Position numbers and translations under genes: made by a program
Assembly: GCA_002633005.1 (NCBI GenBank)
Contig: NMRA01000126.1
Span: forward strand, 801,212 to 865,211
Origin: Phoronis australis
Taxonomy: Eukaryota > Animalia > Phoronida
DNA: 64,000 nt
Direction: 5' to 3'
The notes under the pieces: model-generated
Database searches by the model: none
Told to the model about the DNA's origin: nothing
The model's input: only the letters and a program-made list of their open reading frames with translations
Part shown: piece after piece, positions 1 to 14,230 of the stretch
Layout: each line of letters begins with the position of its first letter
Position numbering within the stretch: position 1 is the first letter of the stretch

Positions 1-110
1 AAGTAATCCAACGGAATTAATGAGATTGAACATTTTGTTCTAAAGTTAGTCGAATCGTTTTCTACAATTCAGTCTCCCATTTTTCAAAGTGATTCTGTGT
101 GCGCTTTCAG

Positions 111-1497
111 GGCTATCAACCAAACAAGATGACATGTCGGCCCCTAAGCCGGGAAGTAGCGTCCCTGATCAGGAACAGTCCTTATTCAGCTATAACCCGG
201 ATGTAAGATTCACTCCCAAGGAATATGTTGGCTACCTGAAGCCGTCCGCGAGCGGTGGAGAACCGCAGCTTGTTTTCGCAAGAATTGTACGAGAGGCAGT
301 TGAACGGACAAAAAATGCCGATGATGGACCAGATATGTTTCGAGAGTATGACATTGACGTCGGTCTTGGGTATCCAATCACAGTGCAGTCTCTTGACCTG
401 TGCAGGGAGGTCAAACGTCACAGCATAGACGAAAATAAAAAGGTTGGTATTTTCACAGGTGGCTGGATGCATATCTCTAGATAGAAACAATAATGCAGTA
501 CTTTGTAAACGGGCGTGTTGTGTCAAAGTGTGAAAAAATATTCTCGCTTAAATTCTGGGATGGGGCATAGTGTCTGCCAACTCGTCTTTCAGTACCTACT
601 GCAGCGCAGAATTTGTAGGGGACAGGCGTGACACTTCCTTTCAAAATGACAACATCTTAAAATAGAGCAAAAAGAACTAAAAATTAGAAATAATCCACAG
701 CTAGTCAGAATGGAACCACTTTTAGGCGCAGGTCCATGTTAGGTGGGACCCTTTTATAAGATCGGATTCCTTGTCAGATGTAGGACTTGTCATAGTTCCC
801 TCCTTTAAATCTTTTTACGAAACTACTCCATTCACCATGACTTCACAATGCCCTCAACTCGACTCTTTGAAACGGTAGTTTTTGCGCCCAAAAAGCTCCC
901 AGGGGCCTCTTTCTGAAACATGTATAGCGACCGCTGCGCTTTAAGTGGCCATGGGATAGAAATAGCAACTCTGGTTCTTTTTGTAGTCAGTTTTGCTTCT
1001 GAAAAAAGTCCAGCCACGAGATCTTTGAAAATTTTTAACTTAAATATACTGAGGGTGAATTTCATCAAGCAAAAGATATCACTAAAATATGTAATTTCCT
1101 AATTTTCAACTCTGGTTTTGTCGTATTTTTTTGTATTTTTTAATTTTTTGAAAAGTGGGCGAGTTTCCGTGGAAACTTCATTACATATAGTGGCAGTTGA
1201 ATAAATACCCATGATGCATTAGTCAGTTGCCACTTTAATTCTGTTGAATGGTCATTATTTGGGTTTAAGTGCCTACTGAACTAACTTGCATTAAAATCTG
1301 TTTGATGAAGTTCCTAACTAAACTGCAGGGGAAAGAATATCTTTAATGGCCATTCTTAGGTTAAATATTCGAAAACTGACTGTACATTTGATCTGTAGTA
1401 GTCATGCAAAACGATCCCGAAACAGGCTCTGTGGGGACTTTCTCTTGGTGGAGCTTTTTCGGGATCACCAGTACAGTATTCAGGGTAATGTGACTAA

Positions 1498-1554
<57 letters not shown>

Positions 1555-3478
1555 TTATACTCTGTTTAACGAGAATACATTATGAATATACAAAACATGC
1601 TTAGCAAGTGCTAATATGATTCAATCTATTTACAAGATTAAAATTTTAACTAGAACAAATAAAATGAAAATGAGAGGGGACTACCACAGTTGCCAAATTA
1701 CACTGAGGAACTTTATGAGGTCACGTTTGAAGCCACTTATCACATCTGGCAAGGCGTTCCATTCTTGTGCAGCCTTTATAAAAATGAAGATCCACAAAAT
1801 GATGTCTTCTATTTACAGGTGTTGCCTGCTCATGACACTGGGCCTGTTCTCCATTCGTCGTCAGGGAGCGCTGCAACTGAAGAAGCCAAACACGTCGTGA
1901 CCCGCCTCATTGAGGAAGTTTACGCTGACCCAAACCGTGAACACGAACGGGAAAAACTGAAGAAAAGACTGTTCTTAAAGTGGCATCCAGATAAACATGA
2001 AAACGCTGAAATGGCCAAGGACGTAAGTAGGAAGAAGCAGTACTACAATCAGAATTGAAAGTGTAACTCATAAAGTTGCCTATACCTGGCAAACAGGCGT
2101 ATCTAAAATTACATGTTTTCTGACACCATTTCCGATCGTGACGTTCAGTTGGTGTTATTTATTCACAGCTGAAACATTCCTGGTGTGATTAATCGTCACC
2201 TTCTGTAATACTTTTCCAACTGTATGTTGTATAGTAGGCCTTTGTAATAGCAGTCCATTACTGAACACAAAATCATACGAATGTTTTGCATGGGACGGTC
2301 ATTGTACTATGGTTAGCTTGGTGTATCTTGGAATTGTTGCTTTAAAGGTCTTTCAACATTTAACTGTCGAGTTCGAGCGACTGGAACGCAAATACTTAGC
2401 TTCGAAAGAAGAAGAAGAAGAAGAAACTGAAGAGTGTGTGTATGAATGGGAAGGGGAGGTGGAGGCCATAGAGCTACAAGGTACATGTAGCTAATACGTC
2501 ATCCTGATCACTTCATTATATTCTCCCAAGATGGATGTATTTGTTTATTTTTGTACTTGTTTGTTTTCATTTATTTGTTGTTTAACTCGCCCTTCACCAA
2601 CTGGCCTCTGGCTAATGTTCTTGTTTAAAACACACCAGTAAAATAAATACCTCCATCATTTTCTCTGAATAATAAATCAGTCTATTTTTGTACAAGATTG
2701 CCAACTTGTACTTATTTTGTTGTAACTAAATTTGGCATAAGAAATCTCGTTTTTGGTGACTTTAGAGTTTATCGTGGCCCAAAATTCAGTCTTCGAACTT
2801 ACATTCACATTTGTAATAAAAATGAAATATTAGAAATCATTCAAATCGGAGTCAAGTTGACAAAAATGTTTGTCTTTTTGTGGAGTCCGATGGGAAATGC
2901 TAGTCTGAGCTTGAGTATGGTTTCTTACCACCTCCTGGCGATATTCAGGGTAATACCTTTTAGAACTTTTTACAGAAAAATCTCCTGAGGAAATCGCAGA
3001 AGAAGAAGAAGCGAAAAAAGCTGCTTTAACAAGGGAACAGGAAGAGCGTAGAAAGAAAGCTGAACGTTGGGTGAGACAGTGCATGAAAGACATGGCATGT
3101 GCTCAGATCTTGCAGGAGAATGGCGGCTTTGAGTGGGCGGTACGCGCCTGCCACGAGGTGGTGCGCAAGGTGTTGATAGCCGCAATAGTTTGTCATCAGC
3201 GGCTTTCTTCAGAGTTGGAAAGATGCAAGCAGTTATCACTGCTTGCTGGAGCTATTAAGCAGTTGAAAAGTTTACCCGTTGAACTTGAAGGTGACATTAC
3301 TGAGCTTAATAACTTGAAAGTTGATCCACTGTTGGCAAGCGATCCCGCCAAGCAAGGTGACAACCACGTGATACCAGCTGACGTGTACACGGAAGAAATG
3401 ACGGACAGAGCAGTAGAAGTGACAGAACGGGTTGTTGACTATATGCTGACGTTCTTGGGCTTCCAGGATGTGGGATGA
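111..3478 (+). CDS. SACS: Sacsin-like protein, C-terminal part (DnaJ domain + HEPN domain); 5' end lies outside the window
   Basis: Four GT-AG exons with compatible phases: 111-442, 1819-2022, 2348-2480, 2976-3478 (TGA). They encode a J-domain 'KLKKRLFLKWHPDKHENAEMAKD|VFQHL' with intact HPD, then 'KAERWVRQ...FEWAVRACHEVVRKVLIAA...IPADVYTEEM', matching the sacsin HEPN pattern. Orthology versus a sacsin-like paralog is not resolved. Confidence 0.85.
1244..1358. repeat. Interspersed repeat fragment, second copy at ~33281-33380
   Basis: 'attatttgggtttaagtgcctactgaactaacttgcattaaaatctgttt' versus 'attatttgggctgaagtttcgactgaactaacttgcgataaaatccgttt'. Confidence 0.6.
1498..1554. repeat. (ATT)n microsatellite in sacsin-like intron
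   Basis: Perfect ATT run visible directly; it produces the poly-Leu in spurious ORF 1346..1585. Confidence 0.95.
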
Positions 3479-6246
3479 CGGTGCGATCCAGTTGTTTGCA
3501 GACAGTCTCGTATCTCATCAAGGAAGAAGTCATTTAAAAAGTATCTATCCACTCGTAATTCTCAAATTAAGCAGAGGTGTTTCGCCAACCTGAAACGTCA
3601 CGATTCGATGTCAGTTATTCCTGCTAAGCAAAGAGTGCGTAGAGTGAAGACTCTTCACATCACGCACACTATAATAGTACAACAGACTCTTACTACGCTG
3701 ATCAGCAGGGCAGGCTCCATCAAGCGAATTAACACCACACGTATGGTGAAAACGACCAGGGCGAGGAAGACCAATGAAAAGCTAGAAGAAGTCTCTAAAA
3801 CAACACATGGTGACATGTTGACACACCACGTCACACCGGCACTGAAAAATTAGGGATTCAAAAATTGATCAAATTTGATCTTTAGCACCTTTAATAATGC
3901 ATCTTATGAGAAAGGCTCACGTGAGGACGAGATTCTTAGCATGCAACTGGAATTTGCTGTCAAAAACTTGTTTCGATTAATTGTACATATAATGTACAAA
4001 TATTGTGTTTAAGGGTGAATATAGTTATTAAAAGACCTTAGGCTAGTGCTACACGTAACAATCGCAGTGCGTTTGGAAGTGTGAAGTGCAAGGCACTTTA
4101 TATGACTATACAATAGCAGACGAAGCGGTTGCGCTGAAATTAATATATGAAACCGAGACACTCCGGCGATTTATTACACCCTCTAAAATTCAACGAAACT
4201 CAATTACAAAACAAGTACGGGGACACCTACAAAGGCATTCGTATCGTCACTATTTGTAATTTAGCATAACTCCATCTTGCATCAGTTATTGTGTTTAGAA
4301 AAGAAGTCAAGTAAACCATCAGCAACTAGTCTCACATCGCTGTTAGTTCCGTCTGCAGACAAACGTTGACCTACGACGAGGAACTAATCCACCAACGGTA
4401 TCCTGACAAATTAGATTTTAGTCTAATTTGTCATGATACCTTTCTTAAAAGAACGCTACCTGTAACGAAGAAAATGAAAGGGTTAAGATAAACTGCATAC
4501 CTTAGTCACCCAGTGACCAAGTCATAAAATAGTATGGAACATATTTTTCAAATTTTTAGCGATTACAGTATTAAGTGCATGAAATTATCCCTTATTTTTT
4601 AGTCAGGTTACTCGTTTTCTTACATACATGTATCGTGATTTTTCGGAGAAGCATTCCACAGATAAAATTCTGACGATTTTTTATGTAGCGTGTCTGAGGT
4701 GTAATTGAGTAATTATCGACTCTTGAAAAGGCTTCGAACTCAGATATCAAAAATAAAAAGGTCCAATTTTTAAGTTTTGCGAGTAGAATACATATCGTAA
4801 TTTGGCCTCAGTTATTGAATCCAGGCATCTTTTATAGTTGCATTCCAAGGTTAATTATACGGACATATTTTTGAAACTTGAAACAAAACCAAAATGTTAG
4901 CGGCATTTCACATCAAATTAAATAGAAAAAAATTGCTAACAACTTTCTGCTCCTTATTTCAAAATCTACAATTAGGCAAAGTTAGAAAAACGGTCCACAA
5001 TGCCTTTCAGGTTGTGTTGTAAAATTCGAATCCTGCTCTGAGATCCAAAATAAAGCTTTGTGGCAAAAATCTGTGAAAGATAGAGCGTCTTCGACCAGTT
5101 CAATATTATGCCGTTTTCTAGGTTCAATTGGACAATTGTGATCGAAAATCGTGATTAGAAGCCAACACCTTATGACATCTTAGACCCTCCAATATCTAGG
5201 TTTGATATTTAGCACTAAAACTGTCATATTCAACTGCTTACCATCAGAGATAAAAAAATGCATGTTGACGAGAGCAGACTGTCTTCAATAACGGAAGGCC
5301 CTCGTAAGCACGCATTGTAAGGGATCGTTCACACATTACGCCATCACTCGAGGGGGAGGGGCTTTGGGAAATATGACGATTTATGACAGCTGGAGAGGTT
5401 TAGACTCATGGTGACGTCATCATGTGGTTTATTAGAATATCACAGTACATACCGTTGGGAAACTGGTTCGCCTTCTAGCAGAATTAACTAATTCCAAAAC
5501 GGGACTCATCGTTTCACGCTTCCAAGATTTGATAACAAGGCTTGCCTTATAAACATGTTAACGAACGACAGTCCCTCTCCATCACTGCCTACCACTGATA
5601 AACATCACTGTGTCGAAGAGCATGAGGGCATGATCAGGACACCCAGCGACACGCGTAGTCATGTTTTGCAGGGAATGGTATTTACATTGTGAGCTTGTTA
5701 CGTACGTATGCAGTGTTGCGACAGATTTTTTCATTATTACTTACGTGTGCCAGAGTTGTTTTACTATGCTTTCATACTATACCTCCAGTTTCATCGTTCA
5801 ATCTCAAGTTTTGCTCTCCAAACTGCCGATTCCGTGGAAACTGGCCACAGAGTAATAGAAGTCGATAGTGCTGCCGGTCAATTATAATTAAAAGAGCAAC
5901 GCGGAGCGTTGAAATGCATCCAGTACCGAATCTCAAGAGTTGTTCTTCAAGGGGTGCTTTTACTATCACAAAAAATGACCATTACATGGCGCTAATAGGT
6001 CGAACCAGTCCGAAATTGGGAAGCGTCCTCTCTCTATTACAAAACTATTTGCCAAAAGCCATGAAAATAAACTAAGGGACTCCAAACATACGAAGGCAAA
6101 CGTACTAAAGCTGCCACTACGGAGCCAGCTGCGGTAGTCAGAGTCGTCCAAAAAGTCGTGAGCAGTCATTTATTTGACTCATAGCCATGGTCGCAAAAAT
6201 ATATAACCGCCACAGTCGTCAGACCCGTTCGAAAATCAGCGTCAAC

Positions 6247-8691
6247 CAGTGGCGGATCTACGTTTTCAGCAAGGGGGGGTTTAGGATTCCCGCCAAGGTC
6301 GAATCCTAGGCGCGTGGCGCCGAGCAGGGGGAGGTCGGGAGGGGGTTTCCCCTCCCGTGTAAGATATTTTTTTGTTTTTGTAGCCAGATAGTGAAATTTC
6401 CATACATCCTGGTAAGTTTCCGGCACTTAACATGTCTCTGGATTTTTTCTTAAGATAATCAAAAACCTTTCTCTATTTCGTCACATGAACTTGGCACATA
6501 AGTTTCGTGAAACCATATTGTGCACATCTGTGTATGAGTCACGCCACCAGCAAAAATTTTTGTTGGAACATCTGCTTACACTCACCTTTTTTAGCATACG
6601 AAAAGTCGTATACGAAAAAGTGTGGTGTGTTTACAGGGGGTTTAGACAATTTCCAAATATTCAAGAGCATAATTAAGCACCGACGAGGCGTAAAAACTTG
6701 AATATCAGATGATCGCGTAACAGCAGCCTCAAGTTGTTTAAGAACGAAGACCTGTATTGTTAGTCCGGAAATAAACATGTGGTATGTCTCGTTAGGAGAA
6801 AAACTGGCGAACGATGGTGCTCTCACCTCATAGTCTATTATTAAAAGCGACAATAAATAATTAGGTATCACTGTATTAAGCTGAATCACGTTGACAACAC
6901 TTGAAAAACGTCAAATCTATCAGGAAACAAATCATCTGAAAACAGTTTCACGAAACCAAAACATCCTGTGCACGGTGGTGAAAAGATACACTGGAATAGT
7001 TTGCAGAGGGTCCAGATGTACACTGAGAATACACAAAAAGCTGACCTGGTCCGTCACGAGACCACTAGAGTACACCTGTGCTTATTATTCCTATAAAAAT
7101 AGTCGATCTGTCGCGGGACCAAACAGTGCTGGCTGAGATAAATAGCTTTATAAAGCACACTTTGGTAAAAAAAATCACAAGACTAGTTCGCCGAGTGACC
7201 ACAAGTACACTGAAACTCAACATCTACACAAATCAAGCTGGCCTGGTCCGTCGCGAGACCTAAAGTGTACTATGCAAAACATTTTGAATTGAAAACTTCT
7301 CTCTAAAATTTTAATCCCCAGTGGTTACTCATACGTTAGTCCTAAGTATCCTTCTGTTGTCTAGACTGCCGAGGAATTTGTATATCGGATCCAATGATTT
7401 GCTCGTCTTGGAACCATTCCACCCAGATATCTTCGATGTTTGTTCCCAACGCTTGCACTTCGTCAACTGCTGTGTCAATGAGCTTGTAAGCCTCTACAAT
7501 GTCAGCATCTCGTTTCGCAGCTCAGTTGACACTAAGAACCTTGAGGTTGCCAAGTCCATTCAAAAGACTTACATGCGCAACTAAATTTGATCCGTTCATC
7601 ATGGACTACTTCAAACCTTGACGAAGCATACAAGGACCTATTTGCATCTCTTGCAATTTTCGAAATAAACGTAGCAATGTCTGAACGTTTGAAACCCGAA
7701 GTACTAATATCAAATAAATGCCCATGGGCATGAGCGTTTCATCGGGTGAGCCTTTCTGCGGAAATTCCCAGTATAGAAGACGGCAGTGTACTTATTGCAG
7801 GTAGACAGACGGTAGGTGTTGAGGTCGGAACTAGGGCTCCTTAGGAGGCCTATTGAACATCGCACGAGTCCCGCAAGACTTTGTTGTGAAAGAACAGCCT
7901 CCCCGCAATTTCTGATGCTGTTCACTTTTCGCGAATGCGGTCACTTTCTCAACGTGAGTGCCCCCTTGGTCATTCCTTGTATAGACATAACTTGTTATAG
8001 AGTGTGTCTTCAAACGGACTCGCGACCAGACCACGGCGCCCGCGACAATAGCAATTCTTCGGAAAAAGATATTTTTTTCAAAAATATTACATGTACATGT
8101 ACACAATATTACATGTACATGTACACTGTATGATATTGCGCAAGACAACTTTACTACACATCAGTTACAAACGTGTGGAGTGTAATAGAATGACACGGCA
8201 TGACAGCTGAGGTGAAAACGTTGCACGTCAATTCCCCTGAATATCAGGGTTGCGGCACCGCAGTATTTCCCCTAATCAAATCAAAATATATCTTAGAGTA
8301 AAGAAGCTAGTTACCTAAAGAAATCAGCTATAGAACGGCTCTTTCAGCGGTGAATCCATATAAAATGCTTGGCTACTTCAAAAGTGTCGACGGAAGCGCG
8401 GGCACAATAAATCCCGCGCGTTTTGCCGATGAGCCACAAAGACTCAGCAATTCACAATGCCAAAAACTATATTTTCAGAGTGAACCCCCCTCAATTTTTT
8501 CCAAGTTGGTTTACTTGGGGTTTACACACGCTGGCGGTGCCGTTTTTGTTTCGCTGGAGACGCTTTTGTTTTTTTTTAATTTTTGGGTCCTGGCCCGAGG
8601 GGGGTTTAAACCCNTTGTTTTTTTTTTAATTTTTGGGTCCTGGCCCGAGGGGGGTTTAAACCCCCTGAACTCCCCGGTAGATCCGCCACTG
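6247..8691 (-). mobile_element. Decayed hAT-type DNA transposon with 15-bp TIRs and a 5-bp target duplication
   Basis: TIR cagtggcggatctac (6247-6261) / gtagatccgccactg (8677-8691); flanked by TCAAC on both sides; contains a transposase-like remnant on the - strand. Confidence 0.8.
7345..7670 (-). pseudogene. hAT (ZMYM1/P52rIPK-like) transposase remnant
   Basis: Manual translation gives 'NGLGNLKVLSVN*AAKRDADIVEAYKLIDTAVDEVQALGTNIEDIWVEWFQDEQIIGSDIQIPRQSRQQK', resembling the LQ..D.DI..AY...IPR...RQ region of hAT transposases; it has in-frame stops. Confidence 0.65.
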
Positions 8692-11600
8692 TCAACAATG
8701 GTCTGCTCATTAGGAACATGACTGCTAAGTTAAATAATGATCCTTCGAGCAATTTGTAGGATAAAGAGGCGGACGACTTGAAATAGTTAAAATGACCAGG
8801 GTGGCACAGAATATGCCTAATCTGCCTGACAAGGAATAGGAATTGTTGTCTCCTGAATAGAAAACTATTTGCCAAATTTCATGAAAATCGACTCATAACT
8901 CAACGAACAGAGGCAAACATAAAAAAACCCATAAAATTGCCACGCACTATGGGGGGGGGGGGGGGGGGNTGGTCTGAAACTCGTCGCCATGTGCTGTCAT
9001 CTCCATAGGAACATTTCTGTCAAATTTCAAAAAGATCCCCCAAAGAGTTAAGGAGAGACAGCAGTGGATGGCCCGAAATTCGTAGTCGTTTGCTTTATAC
9101 ACATCAGCCAAATCTCATTAAGATCCTGCAAGGCATTAAGATACAGCAGCGGACGGCCATATACATCCACATATGAATATGTGGGCTCGTAAAGAAGCCG
9201 CCCTTATTAAGACATTTTATTTTCCCCGCTTTATCCTAACTCCTCTGACGTAGTTAGGAACAGCGTATGAAAATATTCATTATTTTGATCTGATAGATTA
9301 AATGGCGTACTTTATTTCACTGCTGAACAATACAGCGGATAATGCAACTTACAATTATAAAGCGACATTAGTTTGTCATTAGAATCATAAAGATAGAATC
9401 TTCAACAAACTGTCAGTTCTTCTGAAAACGTACAAGGGTGAGGGGGTGGCTGTGACAACTAGAGGCTGGATGAGAGGGGGGGTATGATGACGGAGGGGGG
9501 CATGTGGAGGCTCTACTTGCGCTAAATGGACAACTGCTGGGAGGCTATACCCCACAGGCGCCGTCTACATGAAACTTGCCTCATTAGTGATACCAGGGAG
9601 GCCTTAATGATGAAATGTAATGTGAACAATTACTCTACAGGACTTAATAATCTGAAACAGGTAACTCCCCTTGGGCGTAATAAACAACGCGGTATGACGT
9701 GGTCTGTCTGAGAAGCATCTTAACCATTTTCCTCTGTTCGTTGGTTCGATTGCGGTACTTAACGCTTGGGAAAGGAAGAGCGATGCATTTCAGTATGAAG
9801 ACGGGTGTGAGATTATGGTTTATTTTAGGCTGGTCAATGGCGCTAGAGTCCGGACAAACGACAGCTGTTCAGGTACACAATCAGGTGGCTATGAATGACT
9901 CACGGAGGAGCGACCAGGGCGTTACAGGCACGGGACTATACGTCCCAATAATTCATAGGTCCAGGCTTTGAGCAAAATACTTCTTATATTTTAGGAATTG
10001 GAACGTCCCTAGGATGGTTCTATTTTCTGACACCGCCAACCGCGTTCTCACTAACAGCGACTATTCACATGAAAGTAATTATTTTTGTTAGGAACTGCTC
10101 ACTTCATCTCGCACAATGTATGCATTTTGTGAAACATAATTCATAAATCACAACTAAACGCCGCTGTAGTATATAAAAAGCCGCTGAAACTTTAAGGATA
10201 AATCTTTTGTCGGAGTCCAAATTAATGAGAGAGTTACTCCTGCCAAAAGAAATACGTTTATGAGAAAAGAATTATAGCTCAAAAGATCGTTGATAATGAG
10301 AACGCCCGTGCAGCAAATGAAGAAGTAGTGAGAAACCTTTACTCTCAGTCCTCGGACTCACCGAGGCCACTCGATCGTTAGAAAGATAGTGACTTCAGAA
10401 AGTCTAGGCGAAAAATGAAAATATTCTATATTTGAAGAACGTTTTATATAACTATAACTTAATGGAAAATCTGTAACAAGTGTTGATACAAATTTTGTCT
10501 TGACCTTCTCATATTTGCAATACTTTCAGGGCAGGATTAAGTAATGCCCCAAAGCGATATGTGATGTTCCGTAGTCAGTTGTCGATCATGTCCATCGTAT
10601 ATTTGTTCATCGTAATGGAGCAGCTTCAACCACATCTTTCGAAAGAAAATGTTCATATTAGCAATAAAATTGGTATGTGGGCGGCGTTTTGGTCGTGCAC
10701 GGAGGGGCAAGGTGGGTGCTGGCCAACCTTGGCGTCTATTGGTTACAAGTTATTGCAGTCGAAAATTGAGATTTTAACTGTTAAAACAGTTCGATGCAAG
10801 TTTTTTCCTATGGTTCTCTTATTAATTGATGTTTTTGGTATCAGTTTCCAAGTCGCTTTCATAGGGAACGATTTTTCGGTCTTAGCAATACGGACATGGA
10901 TAATCTTCCAACATAACGACTGGGTTAGGAAAAAGCGTTATAGGATCTCAATTTGCAGATCCCATTGGAAACTACGTTTGACGGCTTCTTAAAAATATAC
11001 TTTGGCCAATCACGGTTTCGGGTTGTGACACATGTGACCGGGTGCATGAAGCACTTCCTATAGGTATTTATCTATGTTCCCGCTAAATTCGCAGAATTTT
11101 TGTAGACTTTTTACCAATTAATGGTACATTTTCACATCACCTTATCTTTAATGTGAACTCCTCTTTTACTTATGACATTTCTCTTATTAATATACTTGAA
11201 AATCAAATCTTTATTACACCGAAAATATATAGGGACCACGTCCGTCCTTAACCTGGGTTCCTTGCACGAAAAGGCCATACCTATTTAATGTCCATAATAT
11301 TAAGAGCTTAATGTGTATTTCACTCTCTGTATGTATCAAAACTTGACGTAACAATGAAGATAAAATACCAGAAAAGTTCAGTCAGTGTTTGCATAAAGTC
11401 CACAAATGCGCAGAAAAGTTAGAGAACATATAGGAGTCTATATTAGGACCGTTTTATGTCACCGGACACGGGAACCGAAAGGATAAGAGACGCCACGTTG
11501 TTTACTCAAGAAAGCATGTTATGTCCGCAAAGACATAAAACACCCTTTTTTCTCCTATAGATTCAGGATCAAACGACTTCTTCAAACGTGATGACCGAAC

Positions 11601-12499
11601 AAAAGAAATCGAAACTCGCACAGCCGTTCTTTCGTGCAGTCTGCCCTAGTGTTTCCAACTTTCAGTTGGTACAGTTTGCCTTTAGCAGCGATTTACAAAA
11701 GGTAGAATTGGTACCTAACTCCTGGTTTTGGGCAACAACCTGCCTGAAGCCTCAGCATTCGTGTCGCGACATTGGTAAGTTGCTTTAACTTTATAATTTC
11801 AAGGGGCAGGTGCTTTCAATGAAAGCAGTTTCTTGCGAGACTGAAGTGATCGCTTTAGAGAGTGTTTTAATTGATTTGAGTGCGTTTTTGCAGCAGTGGC
11901 GCGATTTTAATAGTGACAGGCACAAAGTTTAAAGTTAAAAAAAATTTGATTTATACTAATAACGGTTATGAAAACTAATTCGTGATTATTGTTCGAGAAT
12001 GCAAGGACAAGCGGTTTTGGTGATTTTTTGTACCCGAATAAAAGATCGTGATTCGTTTCGACGTAAAAGATACAAGATGTCTTTAATTTGAAATTGATCC
12101 GCCTTTCTACAAACTCGCGTCCAGCTCCTCGGGTGCGCAAAATTAATGAAAGTCTTCCCCATGCCCACCCATTTTAAAGTAGAAAACCGAACCTTTTCTC
12201 CCTGGCCAACAACATTCGTGCAAATTAAGTTCAATTATGTACGAAGTCGCATTTTGAAGTTTTGCATTTCTTTGTTTTCCGCTGATGCCACGTGCCGCAC
12301 ACTTTCCAGTCCTGCCAGACCAACATGAGCACATGACTTTGATGTTCAATTTGAATCCTGCTTTAAGAGCAGCCTACCTAATGTTCCGAAACACGTTGCA
12401 CCTCACTTGCCAGCATGTAAAATGGCAGTGATTGATTAACTAAACCGATGTTTCTATGGTATTAAGAAATACTCGCCATGTATTTATTCAATAACCCAC

Positions 12500-14230
12500 G
12501 GTACATTTTTATCCCACATGCGTTGAATCTGTACAGTGCTATACGACCACGTAATAACGTTTTCCGTATTCACCTCCCGCACTACTTCAACATGGAAAGT
12601 TCAAAAGGTACGTCTAATTTGTCGACTCGACGTCGCTAGCCGGTTCGATCATCAAACTTTCCGAATATAGTTTAAAGTAATACAGTTGCAGTAGCAGAAA
12701 TAACACTCAACATGTAATCAGGCCCTAAACGTAACATCTGGTACAAAGCTGTTAATCATATGACATTTCTGTCTCTTGCTAAATATTATATCGTCTGCAA
12801 CTCAGTCGCAGATTCCTCGGTAATTACAATATCAAATATTGTTCTTATTTAGCTATTTTCATGAGGTGTTACAAGTTAAGTGCACAGTTACCGATGTTTT
12901 CATCTTTGTTATCTCTTTTCAAGTAATAAATCGATACATTTAAAACACAGTTTCTTTTACTAGAGAAAACTTGCAGCCTGACGCGCAAGTATATATAGGA
13001 TGTTATCCGCCATGTGAACAGTCTGAGTGAAGTATTTGATAAAAATCTGCTTAAAAAATCAAAGAAACTTAGGAATTCGAGGTGTATGGGATAAATACAA
13101 AACGTATCTCTACTGGTGTAGATTAATATCCCACGAGACACTATTCCGCGCATCGACCAAGACCGAATAATGTCTCGTGGGATATTATTTCATCTACGCC
13201 ACTCTCGGTACGTTTTGTGTATATCTCGTCAGTACACTCCGATATTTCGTCGAATGTCAATGTATGTATCGGAATTTATCCTATACGCGTGATAGTATGA
13301 GCATGAAATACGGGTCGTATTGTGTGGTGTGATGTAGAAGAACTACTTTTCTGTCTTTAAATGAGCATCCAATACGGATTTTTGGTCTTTAATGAGCATC
13401 CAATACGGATTTTTCGTATTCAATGCGCGTTGAATACGAAAATGCAAAAACATCAGAAATGGAGGCAAACTTTACCTTAGAAATAGATTTCAGCTAAAAC
13501 TCTGACGAAAATACTGAAGATAAAAGATATGCACCCCAAGTCTGTAGCTAATATAAATACACAAAACGTACCGAGACTGGCGTAGATGACTTTTCCACGA
13601 GACATTATTCCGCGTATCGACCGACACCGAATGTATTTATCCAATACGCTTCGAATTCCTAAGTTTCTTTCAATTTTCGGCAGATTTTTTAAAAGCTTCG
13701 CTCAGACTGTACACGTGGCGTATCACATCCTATATGTATGTACTTGCGCGTTAGGTTGAAAGTTTTCTCCAGTAAACGAAACAGTGTTTTAGATGTAACA
13801 ATTTATTACTTGAAAAGCGATAAAAAAAGATTAGAAAAGCGGTAACTGTGCATTGAATTTGTAACATCTCCTGAACATAGTTAAAATAACAACATTTGAC
13901 ATTGTAGTTACCGAGGAATCGGCGCCTGAGTTGCAGACGATATATTCAGCAAATGAAATGACTGAGACAGAACCGCCATATAGTTAACAGCCCTATTCCA
14001 GATGTTACGGTTGGGACCTGATTGCATGTTGAGTGTTATTTACACTGCTCCAAATTCATTACTTATATTATTTTCGGAAAGTGGTGATCGAACCGGCATT
14101 GGCCTACCTTTTGAGCTTTCCATGTCAGAGGTCACTGTTGAAGTAGTGCGGAGGTGAATACAGAAAATTTTATTACATGGCCGTATTTCCCTCGACAGAT
14201 TCAACGCGTATGGGATAAAATACAATTTGA
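12500..14230. mobile_element. Long inverted-repeat (foldback-like) non-autonomous element
   Basis: Arm ~12500-13222 is the imperfect reverse complement of ~13555-14230 (e.g. ttttatcccacatgcgttgaatctgt / acagattcaacgcgtatgggataaaa; ctcggtacgttttgtgt / acacaaaacgtaccgag); spacer ~330 bp; no ORF. Confidence 0.8.

Noticed and set aside
1346-1585. ORF with poly-Leu that looks like a TM segment
   Set aside because: It is the translation of the (ATT)n microsatellite inside an intron.
8566-8665. Direct duplication of ttgttttttttaatttttgggtcctggcccgaggggggtttaaaccc
   Set aside because: The copies are separated by a single 'n', so this is most likely a contig-overlap artefact.
10561-11788. ORF 10561-10992 and exon-like segment ~11561-11771
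   Set aside because: No recognisable domain or partner exons; the reverse strand has many stops. Unsupported without RNA data.
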